DNA of 64,000 bases from Camelus ferus. Its lineage: Eukaryota. Location of the stretch: the NCBI RefSeq assembly GCF_009834535.1, contig NC_045696.1, forward strand, positions 34,226,001-34,290,000, read 5' to 3'. Below are positions 1 through 13,905 of the stretch, in pieces. A program made the position numbers and the translations under genes. The notes beneath the pieces are model-generated. The model saw only the letters and a program-made list of their open reading frames with translations, had not been told where the DNA came from and did not search any database. Every line of letters begins with the position of its first letter. Position 1 is the first letter of the stretch.

Positions 1-320
1 TTTTTTTAATTTTGATATTTATTGGAGTGTAGTTGATTTACAATGTTAGTTCCAGGTGTACAGCAAAGAATTCAGTTATACATATACATACACATTTTTT
101 TTCAGATTTTTTTCCATTATATGCTATTAAAAGAAATTGAATATAGTTCCTTGTGCTATACAGTAGGTGCTTGTTATCTTTTTATATATTGTAATGTGTA
201 TCTGTTAATTCCAAACTTCTAATTTAGCTCTTCCTTGCCCTGTCCCCTTATGATAACCACAGTTTGTTTTCTATATCTGAGAGTCTATTTTTGGTTTGTA
301 AATAAAATTAGTATCATTTT
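1..320 (-). mobile_element. L1 3' UTR fragment (cetartiodactyl-type young L1)
   Basis: T-rich tail, then TTGGAGTGTAGTTGATTTACAATGTTAGTTCCAGGTGTACAGCAAAG...AATATAGTTCCTTGTGCTATACAGTAGG, the reverse complement of a typical L1 3' end. The same family recurs at ~20.5 kb. Confidence 0.9.
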
Positions 321-3274
321 TGTTTGCTAATTTATCTCTAGTACCTGTAACAGTGCTTGGCATATATCAGTTGCTCAAAAATATATTTGGTGGAAAAAAA
401 TTACTTTTCCCATTGATACTACACTAGTTATTCCTTTATATGATTGATTATAAACTTCGGGATCTATATAGTTGTTTAATTGGAAGAGGGCAATAAATAT
501 TTATACTAAACTAAGCAACCAATAGCTTTCAGAAATATCACATTATCAAGCAGAAAATACTCTTGAGCTATTATTACTTTAGTCCCATACAAGAATGCAC
601 TGGTAAATTATAAATACAAAGCCAGAACTGCACAGGTTTGTTGGGGCTTACAGAAAAGAGAATAACTTGAATCAGTGCAAAAGCAAATATGAGCTCCCAC
701 TTGCAACTACAGAGCTGGACTGAGATTTAAAGCAAAGGAAAGGACAAAGTTATTAGTCACTCAATTTGATATTTTTTTTACATTTGTTTAATCGATTGTT
801 CCTCTATTAGGAGTTAATAAAATTACAATGGAAAGGATATTTTTGAAATTTTTTTTTAAAATGTAAGAACTTTCCCTCTAAATATCAGGAGAATAAATGT
901 TACTGGACACTCTCTTAGTCCTTACTGAAAGTAAGATTTCCTAAGTGAAATACATGAGCCCTCAGCAAGCTGACATTGCAGTAACATAAAGAAACATGAA
1001 ACTGTTGGAAAGCAGGAAAAGTCAAGATGTTCAAATCGCCTTTCCCTAGATAGCTTCCCTATATTTAGTTTCAATGGAAAATAGAATGTTTTAAGACTCC
1101 ATTTCTGCCGAGGTTAGGTCATCATGGCCTTAATAAAAACTTATTTTTTTTTCCTTTTTGAGTTTAGAAATTTCAGGAGTTCCTCCTTGCCCAGCTGTGA
1201 GCTCACCTACCATTTTCCCTCACTATCCCATTTTTATGCATGACTTATAAATTCACTTTAGAAAGTACCAGATAAAACTGATAGTTGCTTTTTAGATAAC
1301 ATTTTCTAATTAAATGTTGAAATAGAATCTAAGGTGAAAGATATTCATCCAACTTGCCGAGATAATTTGGTATGCTCTTGGCACTTTTGAAACTAAAGCT
1401 AGATTAACTGTGGTATCTTATCAGTCATATGCTTGATAACACTATTATAGTAATTTAAGGAAAATTAGTATAATAAATCTCTTTTATGAGTGCATATATT
1501 GCTCTTCATGTAGAGGAAAAACTTTCATATTCTCATATGTTATACTAGACCACTGATTCATTACATGCCATTCTAAGGGATATAAAAGGCATGATGAATG
1601 AAATTTGGCTTCACATTTTATTACTTTAAAATTCAGCTTTCCTAATTGCAAAGATGTTAATAATTATTAAGTTTTCAAAGAAAATCCTTGAGTTTATGAA
1701 TTTTAGATACTTCATGTAAACCAAAATAAAAAATAATAATAACACCATATATGTTATGACCTTGGTTAAGTCATACTTCTGTCCTAAAAATTCTTCAGTG
1801 AGGCACTTAAATCCTTTCTGCTCAGATTCCACTTCACCATCTACTTAGGGAAGTCCTAACTATAGGTCATCGCCCACAAGACAATAAAAACAGCTTTCAG
1901 CCATGTCTAGTTAGCAAGTCATTTTTTTCAGTCCTTTAGTAAACCACATTTTCTAAGCAAGCAAACAATTTATGTTGATTCTATGGTCAATAATGAGTTT
2001 CCATTTGTATCAAAAGTCATAAATATACAGGATGAACAATTTCCCTTGAAGTAGGCAATTCTTTCAAACATCAAGAATGTAGCTGGTCTTAACCTCACAG
2101 CACATAGAAAAAGCTCTCAGTTGGGTTTCTGGTTAGGCCAAAGTAATTTCAAAAGAATGAGGTAGTCAAAAGATAGATCCTGGAACCAGCTCCTGGCCTT
2201 TGCTTTTTATTTGCTTTTTTCTTGTTGCCAAAGAAGACAAACTTTTACAACTAAGTGAGCTGAAAATTAGAATCAATGGAGAGAGACTTTATTGTCACCA
2301 GCCTCTAAGTTCCCATTTCTCCTGTGCAGCTCTCTGACTCACTGGGTCAAGGTTTTCTGACTATTTCTGTCATCCTTGACTTAACTCTGGTTAAACCAAG
2401 TTCTCTGTGCTATGAGGATTGTCTTCTTGTATGACTTGATAATTCATGGTTTAATCTCATACTTAGGCAAGTACATTATCAAAAGCACAAGTTAATAAAA
2501 ATATTAGCTTTCCCCACAAACTTTACATCTGTTCTTTTCTGTCTTACAAGTGAAAACTGGCAAAACTGTAACATTAAAGCAAAATCAGACACATAAACCA
2601 CTGATCAAACTTAGTAAATCCATTTAATTAACCAGCATACAAAAAGATTTGCTCTGGGGAAAAGAAATTGTTTGGAAACAGACTAATTTATTGGATCACC
2701 ATTTTATTAAAGAAAAATGGAATTTGGAATAAGAGTATCCTACCCCAAGGTCATATATTGAAAACTGTGTGCTATAGGATGCATAGACATTTAGCAGAGA
2801 GAGAAACGGCATCTCGATCTCTGGAAATGCTGACATGTAAATTTAACCTTCAAGTAACAAGTATACCAGCATCATCATTTGGGAGATTAAACTAGAATAA
2901 ATTCAGAAGAATTAATCATTCATGTGTGTCTCTCTGTAGTAGGAGTTAAGGCTGATCCCATAATCTTCCTATGGTGGAGACTGTGGTCAACATTTCCGTT
3001 CCTCTCACCTTCAACACATATACATATCAGAATGCAAACGCCTACTGTATTATCGTCAATTGATTTCTCAGACTGGGGATGACTATATGTAGACAACATT
3101 CCTCTATCCCACCATGTCCCATGGCTAGCTGTTAGCATCAATTTGAGTTGTTTTTTCCTTTCTTATTGTTGCTGTTTATTTATTGAATACTATTGACTTG
3201 GTTTTTCCAAGTCATAAAGAAGTTATATCAGAGAAAATTTGGAAATAACTTCTTAAAAACCGCTTGTCAACATC

Positions 3275-3455
3275 ATTAAATTTTAGAGGCAGAAGTGTCT
3301 GTGGACCTCATTTAGTCCAACTCCTTCATTTGATACATAATGGAACTGAAATTCTAAGACACTGTGATATACTTAAGGACACAAAGTTGGATTAAAATTA
3401 AGAATAGAAATCAGGTTCTTCACTTTCAGTTCAGGAAACTTTCTATTATTTCTAT
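3275..3455 (-). mobile_element. MIR/MIR3 SINE remnant
   Basis: Degenerate MIR core in reverse: CATTTAGTCCAACTCCTTCATTTGATACATAATGGAACTGA...TTAAGGACACA...GAAATCAGGTTCTTCACTTTCAGT. Confidence 0.65.
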
Positions 3456-6085
3456 ATCATTTCCCACATAACAGTTTTGGGTTTTGTTTTTTAATTTTTT
3501 CAAAACCAAACAATCACCAGTTTGAAAATTGTATAGCAGTTTCTGTGATGTAGAAAGGCTTTGATATCCATTCTATTCAACATATTTAGCAATAAAGTCT
3601 GTTTCAGTATTTATTCCTGACTAATCATTGCTATATTACACATAATGACCCCCCCAAAAATCGGCTTTTAAAACTTTCCATAATTATAGAATTAACATGA
3701 AAGCTGTTACAGAACAAATTGTTATATTGTTTGTGAAACATTTTTCATCTTTACAAACCAAATTTGGGGAAGCAATAGTTTAATAAATGAGAGAATATTT
3801 TGTTCTTCAGAGAGTCATTTGAAAACCAACACTAAATGGTATTTTAAGTAAGATATAGTATTGTATATGTATTAGAAAAATGAATAGTATGTGTATCTGT
3901 GTATGTTTTCTTCAAATAAGTTCAAAATGTTCTAAGCAGACAATTATATTTAGTCTAAAATATTGACGTATTGATCTGGAGTATATTTTTAAATCTATAG
4001 GGAAACAATGCATAATAAAAAATGTGTTCACAATCCAAGTGAATGTTTATTCATGTTTTGGGCTATAATTTAAAAATTAACAACTACTTTGTTACATTTG
4101 CTGATAATGAGATGTTAGTTTCTTTATGTATGTAAATTCTTCCTGATCAAATGTCTTCACTTATGCACACTTAAACTAAGACTCTTCTTTGGCTGGAGAA
4201 ACCAAAGAGGCAGAATAAAAAGACCTAAATACCTCTCAAAGGGAAAGATAAAATGGTGCCAACTTGTTGACATAGTTTGCCCTGTGCTCCAGGGTAAAAA
4301 AGCCAATGGCCAAGTTGGCTTCCAGGTATTACATTGAGTATTTTTCTCTTTCCAAGTCTATTTAACTGAGAGTAGATACGATTACATAATGTGGCTCCAG
4401 AATACATTTCATCCTAAACTTGTAATTTTGCTAGCCGTTTTATTAGTTCACATAAGCTGCAACAATGATTAATGAAGACTAAAAACTATATACTGTATTA
4501 TATCACATTTCTTTTTTTCTTTTTGCCACATTCAAGCGTTCATTACATATTCCCCATTCTAACTGTGGTTCTGTTCTCTTAGTCCTCAGAACGATAACAA
4601 CAATCTGTAACTGATTTCCATCTATTCATCTACGACAAAGAAAGAGGAGTGTATGCAATTCGTTCACCTAACAACTTTATTCTATTAGGAAGATTTCCTT
4701 GTGTGACTAACAAACAAGAATCAACAAAATATAAGGAAAATATGAGGGTCTGGATTTGAACTTCCCATAATTCAGATTTTCCCTTGCTTGACTGAATTAT
4801 AGTGTTAGTAACTCCTTGGCTCTCATATTTACTTTGAGATCTAATTAAAAATTCATGTAAAGACCACAGTGCTTTATTACCACGACTCTTTTATTTACCA
4901 AGCATGTCACTTGATAGTACAGTGCCCAGCAAACTTTTGTCAAATTACTTAATAAATTTAATAATGTATACCATACATTATTACCACAGAGGAATCCAAT
5001 GATTACACCCTAATTTCACATTTATTCTTATAACAAGCTATGCTTGTTCATTTTATTATGTATTATTTAAAAAGCACTACTATCCACGCCTGAGATACAG
5101 AAATGGGAACTCTGAGAAGAACTATTTTAAGATGTTAAAGAAATGACACATAATAAGCAACTTTTTCTGTAAGAAGAGACATAAAACACAGAGTATTGAG
5201 TTTTTATTTTAGAAAAATACGTATATATTTAACATTCAAGCAGACCTTGACAAAAGATCAAAACATTTTGCCCAGGGTGGACATTTTGGTGTAATTCTGT
5301 GGTGTTTTGGAAGCAGGCTGTGCTGTGAGCACTGCTTAATAAAGTGGATGATGCCAGGGAGACTCATCTCGTATCTACCTGCTCTTTCATCCAATCAGCT
5401 GAATCTCAAAAGCAGTAATATTGCATTTGAGAAACAAATGCTGAAATTGAACAGCTTACAAAGGATTTAAAACTTAAACCTTATGTTTAAAATACTTTCA
5501 AGGCTCTATGATCAATACAGGACTTAGCCTCACGGTGTTACATGGACTTAAAAGCTGAGCTTAAGTTTATTTTACAAATAAAAAGTAGACTTTATATAAG
5601 TGCATGGACTTCCAATTCAAAAGTTCAAATAAAGCTCACAACCTGAAGAACAGATAGGGATTTCACAAGAATTCCTTTAAGAAAAACATTTGCCATTTTC
5701 TTGTTTGTAAAGGCACATCCACTTGCCCTCTGTTCTTTCTTTAAGATTTTTCCTTTTAGACTCGTACATTTTTATGTCTTCAAAAGTCACGTCCTTGCTG
5801 ATGACCCTCAGTCCTATTTACTGATCCAAACTGCAGTTCTGGAAATCTAAATGCTAAACATTCTGTTCAACCTTTTCCATTTGATTCCTCATTATTTCAA
5901 ATGCAGGATATCTAAAATTGTCATCTATCCTCTTTTCTAACGTCTTTCTCCATAGAAGCCTCATAAACACTTTCTTGTTACTTTAGAGTCATTTATAAAT
6001 CAGTCCACTTATCAGCATTCAGTCAATAACCCACTTCTAGTGATTCCTCTTTCAAAAATTCTCTCAATCAGTGCTTCCAACGGCC

Positions 6086-6523
6086 TGTCTTATGTTAATT
6101 TCCCTAGAGACCGAACCTGAGACAGAGATTTGAGCATTCATGATTGAGGGTGGCAGTGCTCTCAGGAGAAAGAGACCGAAGGAAGCAGAGACAGCTGGGG
6201 AAGGAGCTGAGCATGGATGAACTTTCATCCTAAGACCAGCTTCTGCCTGATCCCACGTAGCCTCTGGAGCATGAATTATGACACAGAATCCAGCCCACCT
6301 TGAGGCCAAGGACCTGCCTTCTCTATCTCCATGTCAGTCACTGGTTGCATGGAAGGGCACATCACCTCCTGGGCAAGGAAGCTCCCATTCGACCAAGAGC
6401 AATTCTCTAGAGAAGGCAGAAGCTGTGAGTCATTAGCACCCAACATTCCTGACAGCTGATGGATGGGTGTTCCTGTCTGATACTGTGGATCTGGATGGGG
6501 CACCAACAGTGTCCCCTACCACA
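6086..6523 (-). mobile_element. ERVL solo LTR (LTR16-like)
   Basis: TG...CA ends. CCTGAGACAGAGATTTG, CTGATCCCACGTAGCCTCTGGAGC, CAGTCACTGGTTGC and CCAACATTCCTGACAGCTG match the recalled LTR16 consensus in reverse. Confidence 0.75.
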
Positions 6524-7721
6524 CTCAAGTAAAAATTTTATATATAACATACTTGACTCAAAACTTTGTTATTATTAATACTGAAGAAATTCTGAGAAGC
6601 TTAGTAATGATGTTAGAGGCTATTTCTCTCAATGTTCTTCCATAGTCAAAGTTCATTTCAATAAAAATTTGTAAAATCTGTTTCCCCACCCTGCTATAAG
6701 AGGTATAAAAAATGTGAACTACTATTGTGAATAACTTTGTAATGACGTTTTAGAGGTCATAATATAGGGCAAACTACTCTCTGAATTCTGATTTTAGCAG
6801 ATGAAAATTTTTTTACATAAGCTCAAAGGCATACATGTATGCATGCACATACATGCATTCAAATAAGCACATGCACACACAAATTGGTTTGGATACAAAC
6901 CTTTGGGGGAGCTTCCTGCATGGCCTCCAAGAGAATGAATGAAACAGAATGGAAGGGCAGAGGAGTTAGTTCTCCACAGAGTAAATTCTGGTTAACCAAA
7001 GTTGGAAAAAACCTGGGAAGATAAATCCTTCCAATTCTTTCCCTAGTAGGGTTCTTCAAGGGGCAGTACCTCCTTGTAAATCTTCTAGGAAAATACGGTG
7101 GACCAAGTGACTGTGCCTGCTAGGTGACCTGCCCGTCTCTTTGCGGCTTTTTGTGAAAGTGCCAAAAGGAGTAATGTCTCACATTATATTGCTTCTGTCT
7201 TTGCCTCACTTCCCTTTTATATTAACCCCCACTTTCTTGGATGTCTTTTTCTCAAGTAAAGTATGAAACTTGTATCCCTGCCTCAGCTTCTGCTTTTTTT
7301 TCCTGCTATTCCACGTGTGGGTCCATAATCATTATCAGAATGGAAATCAATGCACTGCTTTCTTCTTTGAGAAATTCTTACTATTAAAAAAATCAGCAGT
7401 GTTCAGTAATATGTTTGGTTTACCTCTAACACAAATGCCATATCCCATTGTGAACAGGTGACAGTTCATCAGCCGGCTAACGGTCTGTGTATTACCATTT
7501 GAGAAGCAGTTTCAGAGGACAAAAGCTGAAATACACACATACACACAATATGAAGAGAAGGCCCCCAACCAAGACATACCTTGCCAAACTAACAGCAAAG
7601 CAGAAGTAGCTTTATTGAAGTTCCATAATAATGTACCTTTCAACCAGAATCCAGGGAAGTTAAGTAATATTTCACACTTCTAATAACTACATGTTTAGCA
7701 CTGTGCTAAATATTCTACAGG

Positions 7722-8359
7722 TTGTACCAGATTGTGTATGCCTCAGACAGCAACCATGTTATCTCCCTTCCCATATTCCTTTTTACAATACAATGCTATA
7801 AATCATCTATAAAGTGCTAGTGTCTACTTGCCTTCCCCTTGAACCTGGAAAGATTTGTAATGGCATTCACAAACACAACTGTGGCCAAGTGACATTTTGT
7901 GACTTTCCAAGGCTGGTTCCTATCAGCACTTGTCTTGCTTGGAAGTCATGTACTCCAGGCTATCACAAGCAATGACGCAGTAAGCCTCTCTGTACATGTG
8001 TTCTTTGAAAAAATTACTCAAAATATAGCTTGAAGTGGGATTCCTGTGGCATGGGATATGTGCTTTTTAAACTTAACCAATTATTGCCTAGACTTCCAGT
8101 CTAGACAATAGTCCTAGATGTCCAGTCACCCAGCTCAGGTGCTAAACATGTAAGTGAACAACTCTTCAGATGATTCCACCCTTGGTCGTAGATTCATCCC
8201 CAGACTTTGGGTCTCGCTAGCTCCAGATATTATGAAACAAACACAAGACTTTTCTGCTATGCCCTTTTCAAATTCCTGACTACTGAACCTGTGAGCATAA
8301 TAATGTTGTTTTAGGCTGTTAAATTGTAATTTGCTATGTTGCAATGATAAGTAAAACAC
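7722..8359 (+). mobile_element. MaLR LTR (MLT1F/G/H-like) interrupted by an old antisense L1 fragment at ~7960-8090
   Basis: 5' part CTTCCCCTTGAACCTGG...GTGACTTTCCAAGGCTGG; 3' part CAAATTCCTGACTACTGAACCTGTGAGCATAATAA...TGTTGTTTTAGGC...TTTGCTATGTTGCAATGATAAGTAAAACA. Confidence 0.7.
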
Positions 8360-9214
8360 ATGTGATAATGTTTCAAAGTCCTAATAATTTTTTTACTTAG
8401 AACATCAATCCTATTATATCAATGCATTAAGAAAACTTATTAATGATCTCTATTAACAAGCAATAAAAACTATACAAGTTAATAGTCCCAAATAAACATT
8501 ATCACTGTTAATGTTTCCATTGCATTCAAGGCCCTCTATTAGGGTTTGGAGGGTGGGAGGGAGAGGAGAAAATATTCATTTACTCAAAAATATTAATGAA
8601 AAATGCCCCACATCTAATTTTATATTCTACTGAGACATCCATAATTCTATCAGTTCCTGTCAGAGAAAATGAAACAAAAAACACAGTAGCAGAAGGTCAA
8701 TATTTTCTAAACTAATTAACACCTTTACATTTCAAGCAACTTGGACCCAACCTACTGGACCATATCTTGGATTGGATGATTCTTGTTCAAATTGACACTT
8801 GGGAAAATAAAATTATTATTCCAAATCTGCCCTTCAAGATAAATTACACATTGTATTACATTTTTTCTATTATAAAAACAGATCCAAGTACACTTTCAAG
8901 TCAAACCTAAAATATAGGTAAATGACATTTAATCATCAGACATTGATATGCATATGATCACTCCTAACATCAGGCATACTTTCATCTTTGCAATAGGTTA
9001 AGCAAAGTCTGTCACTGGTATTGCCAAAAGATTCACAGCTGACATGTCACTAAGTGCATATAGAGTTCATTGTGGGAAAGAGACTTACCTTCACCTACAT
9101 GGATCTGAGTTCTTTCCCCAAGGTTTTCATTATCTTAATATAACCAAACAATGCTATTGGAACTACTCTATTTCAAACCATCAGCACATTTTCGAATTAA
9201 TGAAAAATCTCTGA

Positions 9215-9852
9215 ATTAATCTTCCCGTATCTATCATTGTCCCCTCAATCTTATCTCTATCAAAAGGCTACAACTTTTAAAGCATATATTTTAAAGACAT
9301 AGATCAATGCTTCCTCCCCGGCTTTAAACTTTCCAATAAAATCCTAAGAAAATAGGGAGGAAAAAAATCCCAACTTTTACCCCTGTCTGAAGGGCCTTCA
9401 GGTTTGACTTCATCTCAGATCCCTCCCCTTCACTCACTATGTCCCAGCCACACTTGCTATGTTTCTGTCCCATGTGATCACCAAGCTGACTCTATCTTTA
9501 GGACTTTTGCAGTTGTTGATTTTTCTAGCCAAAGGCTCTCTCCTCAAACATTCAGATCAGTGGCTCTTTCCTGTCATTCATTTTCCAACTGAAATATCAG
9601 TCTTCGTTTCAGAGAAGCTTTTCCAGGTATGACGATCTAATATTGCTCTATGCACTCCCAGTTCAGTTCATCCTCTATCATCTCACACTTTTTATTCCTC
9701 CCTAGTCCTTAATTGCTATCTTCAATTACACTATCAATTTGTTCCTTTTCTGTTTATTGTCTAACTCAAGGCGAACACAAGCTCCATGAGAGCAAGGCCC
9801 TTAACTGCCTTTCTCTTCCCCCAGTAACAAATAATCATTTGTTCAATGAATG
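9215..9852 (+). mobile_element. L2 LINE 3' remnant
   Basis: Pyrimidine-rich L2 body ending AAGCTCCATGAGAGCAAGG...ATTTGTTCAATGAATG. Confidence 0.75.
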
Positions 9853-10134
9853 GAAATACAAAACAAAACAAAACATGACAGTGAATAGAAGCAGTGTGGA
9901 CATCAGCATGGAGAAAATGGCTGAATTATAAGCCAAGTAGTGTTATAGTGATGACACTGATATAGCAAGAGAATATTTTCTTCCGATACTAAGAACTAAA
10001 CTTCATTGGATATCAGCCTAAAATAGTCAGAACATTTAGACTATCGTTTGTAAATCCAAGATTGTTATAATATTTTGCAACAAGAGAATATTAAAGAAAA
10101 AGTTATTGAAATTACCTATATATGTACATTAAGT

Positions 10135-11021
10135 CTTGTGGGTTGAATTATGGTCCTCAAAAAAGATATAGTCAAGTCACATCACTAAGTACATGTGAAC
10201 ACGACTTTATTTGTTTTGACGATTAATTTTTTGGGTCAGCTTGGATGGGTCACATGAGTAGATATGTGGTCAAACATTATTCTGGATGTTTCTGAGAGAG
10301 TGGTTTTATATGAGAGTATCATTTAAATTGGTGGACTTTGAGTAAAGTAGATTGCCCTTCATATTTAGAGTGGGCCCCATCCAATCAGTTGAAGGCTTGA
10401 ATTAAAAAAAAAAAAGACTGAACTCTCCCCAAACAAGAGAAAATTCTGCCAACAAACAACACCCTAACCCCAACTGCAGCATCAGCTCCTCCCTGGGTCT
10501 CCAGTCTGCTGTCCCACCCTGTAGCTTTCAGACTTGCCAGCCATAATCACATGAGCCAATTCTTTAAAATAAGTTATTTTCTATATACATACACGCATTC
10601 TATTGGTTCTGTTTCTCTGGAGAACCCTGACCAGTATATTGGTAAACAGAATCTTTACAGATGTGATCAAGCTAAGACGCGGTCAAACTGGATTAGGGTA
10701 AAACCTAATCTAATGACTGATGCCTTGATAAAAAGAAGAAAAGTTGAACATCGAGACAATAGAGAGAACGTCCTGTGACAATGGAGGCAGAGATCGCAGT
10801 GATGCGTCTACAAGCCAAGAACCACGAAGGATTGCTGGCAACCACCAGAACTAGGAGAGAGACCTGGGGCAATGCCTCCAACAAAACTTCCAGGAAAAAC
10901 AATCCTGCCCACACTGTGATTTCAGGCTTGTAGCTCCCAGACTGTGAAAGAACACATTTCTGTTGTTTTAAGCTATGCAGTTTGGGGTAATTTGTTACAG
11001 CAGCCCTAGGAAACTCATACA
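10135..11021 (+). mobile_element. MaLR LTR (MLT1B/C-like), split by a nested MLT2
   Basis: Starts TGTGGGTTGAATTATGGTCCTC, resumes at 10639 and ends TTTGTTACAGCAGCCCTAGGAAACTCATACA. Confidence 0.85.
10215..10638 (+). mobile_element. ERVL LTR (MLT2-type) nested in MLT1
   Basis: TGGTCAAACATTATTCTGGATGTTTCTG...ATGAGCCAATTCTTTAAAATAA...TATTGGTTCTGTTTCTCTGGAGAACCCTGAC; near-TSD TTTGT/TTGGT. Confidence 0.85.
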
Positions 11022-11623
11022 ATAAGTTTAAAAAAAAGTATTTCAAAAGAAACTATTATGATATACTCTCTGAACAGCATCCAAAAAATAAACGAGTAGA
11101 ACTGAATTTGGAACTGAAAAGATCGGGTCCAATGGCAACATGTATAAGTAAATAGACTCTATTCTCTATGTGGCTGTTTTGGCAAAGGTGATTTCAGAAA
11201 AATGAAACCACATGTAAAATGCATTTTTATTTGCTTTGAACGTTAGACCTGTTTTTATAATCTGATTGTTCGTGTGCTTTTTCATGCCAACCTTTCATAA
11301 ATATTTCAGCACAATCTATTGTTTGTTTTCAGAGAACTCCTCTTCCTGAAAACCCCTTACCACCCCGCAGCTCCACCCCTCAGCATTACAGGAACCACAT
11401 TGTTAGGACATGAAAGGAAAACCCCCAGTAACAGAAGTTGTCCTTCACTCAAAGCCAGCTTAAATAAGTGAGCTCATTAGACAGCTACACATCTGTCACA
11501 GAAATTCTTTAGAAAACATGTAAAGTCATTTGTTCAAGTAACTCTAGTTTTTCTACTGCCCACTGGAGAATTTTTCAACTGTTATCCTGGCCACAGATAT
11601 TCAGACCTTTACCCAAAAAGCTT

Positions 11624-12051
11624 AGTATATTAGTTTTCTATGACTGCTGTAACAAATTACTACAAACTTGGTCACTTAAAAAAACATAACTTTATTCTCC
11701 CACAGTTGTGAAGGCCGAAAGTCTGAGATGAAGGTGTTGGCAGGGCTGCACTCCCTCAGCAGGACACAGGGAGATCCTTTCCTTGCTTCTTGCAGGTTCC
11801 AGTGGCCATTTGGACTTGACTTGTGCTCAAGTCACTTCAGTTTTTGCCTCTGTGACCACAGGGCCTCCTCCTCCTCCAAGTGATCTCTTATAAAGACCCT
11901 TGTTGTTGGGTTTACGGCTCATCTGAATAACACAGGACTTCCTTACATTCTCATCTCAAAATCCTTAATTACAAAGACCTCTTTTCTAGTCATAGATTCC
12001 AGGGATTGACATGGATATATCTTGGGGAGGGTCACCACTCGGCCCACTATA
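11624..12051 (-). mobile_element. MaLR LTR (MLT1B/C-like)
   Basis: Reverse MLT1 signature GTATATTAGTTTTCTATGACTGCTGTAACAAATTACTACAAACTTGG...AAGGTGTTGGCAGGGCTG...GGCCCACTATA. Confidence 0.85.
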
Positions 12052-12409
12052 CTTAGATAAAGTTTTACTCTTGAATTTCTCTTTCATCTGCTGGTCAGAC
12101 CTGGTAACACTTTACTCATCTTACAAATAAGTTACCTCTTGAATAAAAATATTTTGCACCTGTGTCATTTGAAGCATATTCAATTAGCAACAAATGTTTT
12201 ATTTTTCAATCCTAATTGGGAAAGGGTCAAAAACAGATATTATCAGTCAAATAAATGGTTGAGACCACACCTAAAATTAAATTAATTTAGCTCAGCATAG
12301 CAGTTACAACAGTAATTTTTTTTTAATATAGAGAGTCTATGAGCAACTGAAATTAAAGCAAATTCTCAAACTGTAAAAAAAATCTACATAGGAACAGATA
12401 TCTCCATTA

Positions 12410-12623
12410 CAGTTGACCATTGAGCTCAGGGGTTAGGGGTGCCCACCCTCTGCACAGTCAAAAGCTCACATATAACTTATACTCGGCGCTTCATATCCAC
12501 AGTTTCACATCCACAGACTCAACCAACCCCAAATCGTGTAGCACTACAGTGCTTACTATTGAAAAAAATCTGCATATACATGAACCTTTGCATTTCAAAC
12601 CTATGTTGTTCAAGGGTCAACTG
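12410..12623 (-). mobile_element. Tigger2-derived MITE (MER8-like)
   Basis: TIRs CAGTTGACCATTGA / TCAAGGGTCAACTG; TA on the left flank; ~214 bp. Confidence 0.85.
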
Positions 12624-12739
12624 TCTACTAACAATGATTTTTCCTATTTTTATTTACATTATGTCCCTTTATAGTTAGGTCATATCAAGTTTTTCCCTTC
12701 CTTCTTCAAAGAGACTAAATGCTACTGGGTTCAGATGTG

Positions 12740-13368
12740 CTCCTCTCCTATATCTTATCTCTGTTAATGACATCATTTATCTATTAAAAACTGGAAATCT
12801 GCCATTTCTTTCTCCTCATCCTTACACCTACCTGCTCCACATCCATTCATTCATAGAATCTTGTGGATTTTATCTTCTAAATATCTCTGGAATCCATTCC
12901 ATTCTCTCCACCTAGCTCCCTTGTTTTCGTCATTGCCTTGATTCATATACCCAACATGACTTGTTTGATCAAGTGCGAAAAATAACCAAAGATTCGTATC
13001 TCTCATAAGATCCCATGACTTCCTGCACACAGCCATTACTGATGCCTTTTCAAAACACAAACCCACTTATTTCATTCCCTGACTTAGAAAACTCCTAGAG
13101 TCCCATATTCATAGGCTTAAGTCTAAATTACTACTTAAGGCATACAAATCTATCTATAATTTCTTCCAATAACTTCCAACTCTCCCTGCCGTCCACTGCC
13201 TCCAGCTAAACAGAAGTTTACACTATTTCTCAAGAATTCCAGACTAGTTCACTCATTAGTTTTCAACTTGGAATAATACACAGCACTATCTTGCTATTCT
13301 TTGTCTTTTTGTTTAATGGTAAATCCCTATTCATCTTTCAATAAATAATTCAGATATCTCTTACTCCA
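12740..13368 (+). mobile_element. L2 LINE remnant
   Basis: Degenerate L2 body (TTCTAAATATCTCTGGAATCCATTCCATTCTCTCCA...CCCTATTCATCTTTCAA). Confidence 0.65.
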
Positions 13369-13376
13369 TCAGTTCT

Positions 13377-13879
13377 TGTTGATAATGGTGAGTTTTCACA
13401 TAACAAAAATAGGGCCGACGACAACTTGAAATTGTGACAGAGTAATCACAGCTCAGGTAATCAAAACTGGAGCTGGACAGCCATGAGGATCTGGTCTCAG
13501 ATATGTCCCGGACCACTGAGAACCTGAACTTTCTTGGAACTGTACCGGACCCAAGCATACAACCAGTCCTATTCAGGACACCTGCTAGCTGCAACCTCTG
13601 GTCTCAAGGTCTCCTCTTGTGTGCAACCATTTTGGACCCCAACCAATCCTTGCTTCACAAGAACCCTCACTTCTTGCCAGCTCCGATTATAATAAACAAC
13701 TCATATAACTAACTGCAGTCTCTCTGCTTTTTGCCTTTATAAGCCCCTTCATTTTGTAGTCTGGCAGAACACAATTCAAGTGTTTCTTGAATCTGTCTCC
13801 CAGGCTGCAGCTCTGACAGACTTCAAGTAAATGTCTCTCTATTTCAGGCAGGTCTCCGTTTCTGAAATTTTGGTTAACA
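13377..13879 (+). mobile_element. ERV1-like solo LTR
   Basis: TGTTGA...TTAACA termini; internal CCAAT (~13644), TTTATAA (~13737) and AGTAAA (~13826) in LTR order; no PBS downstream; TSD not resolved. Confidence 0.7.
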
Positions 13880-13905
13880 GGAAGAATATTCATACATGAC
13901 TCACC

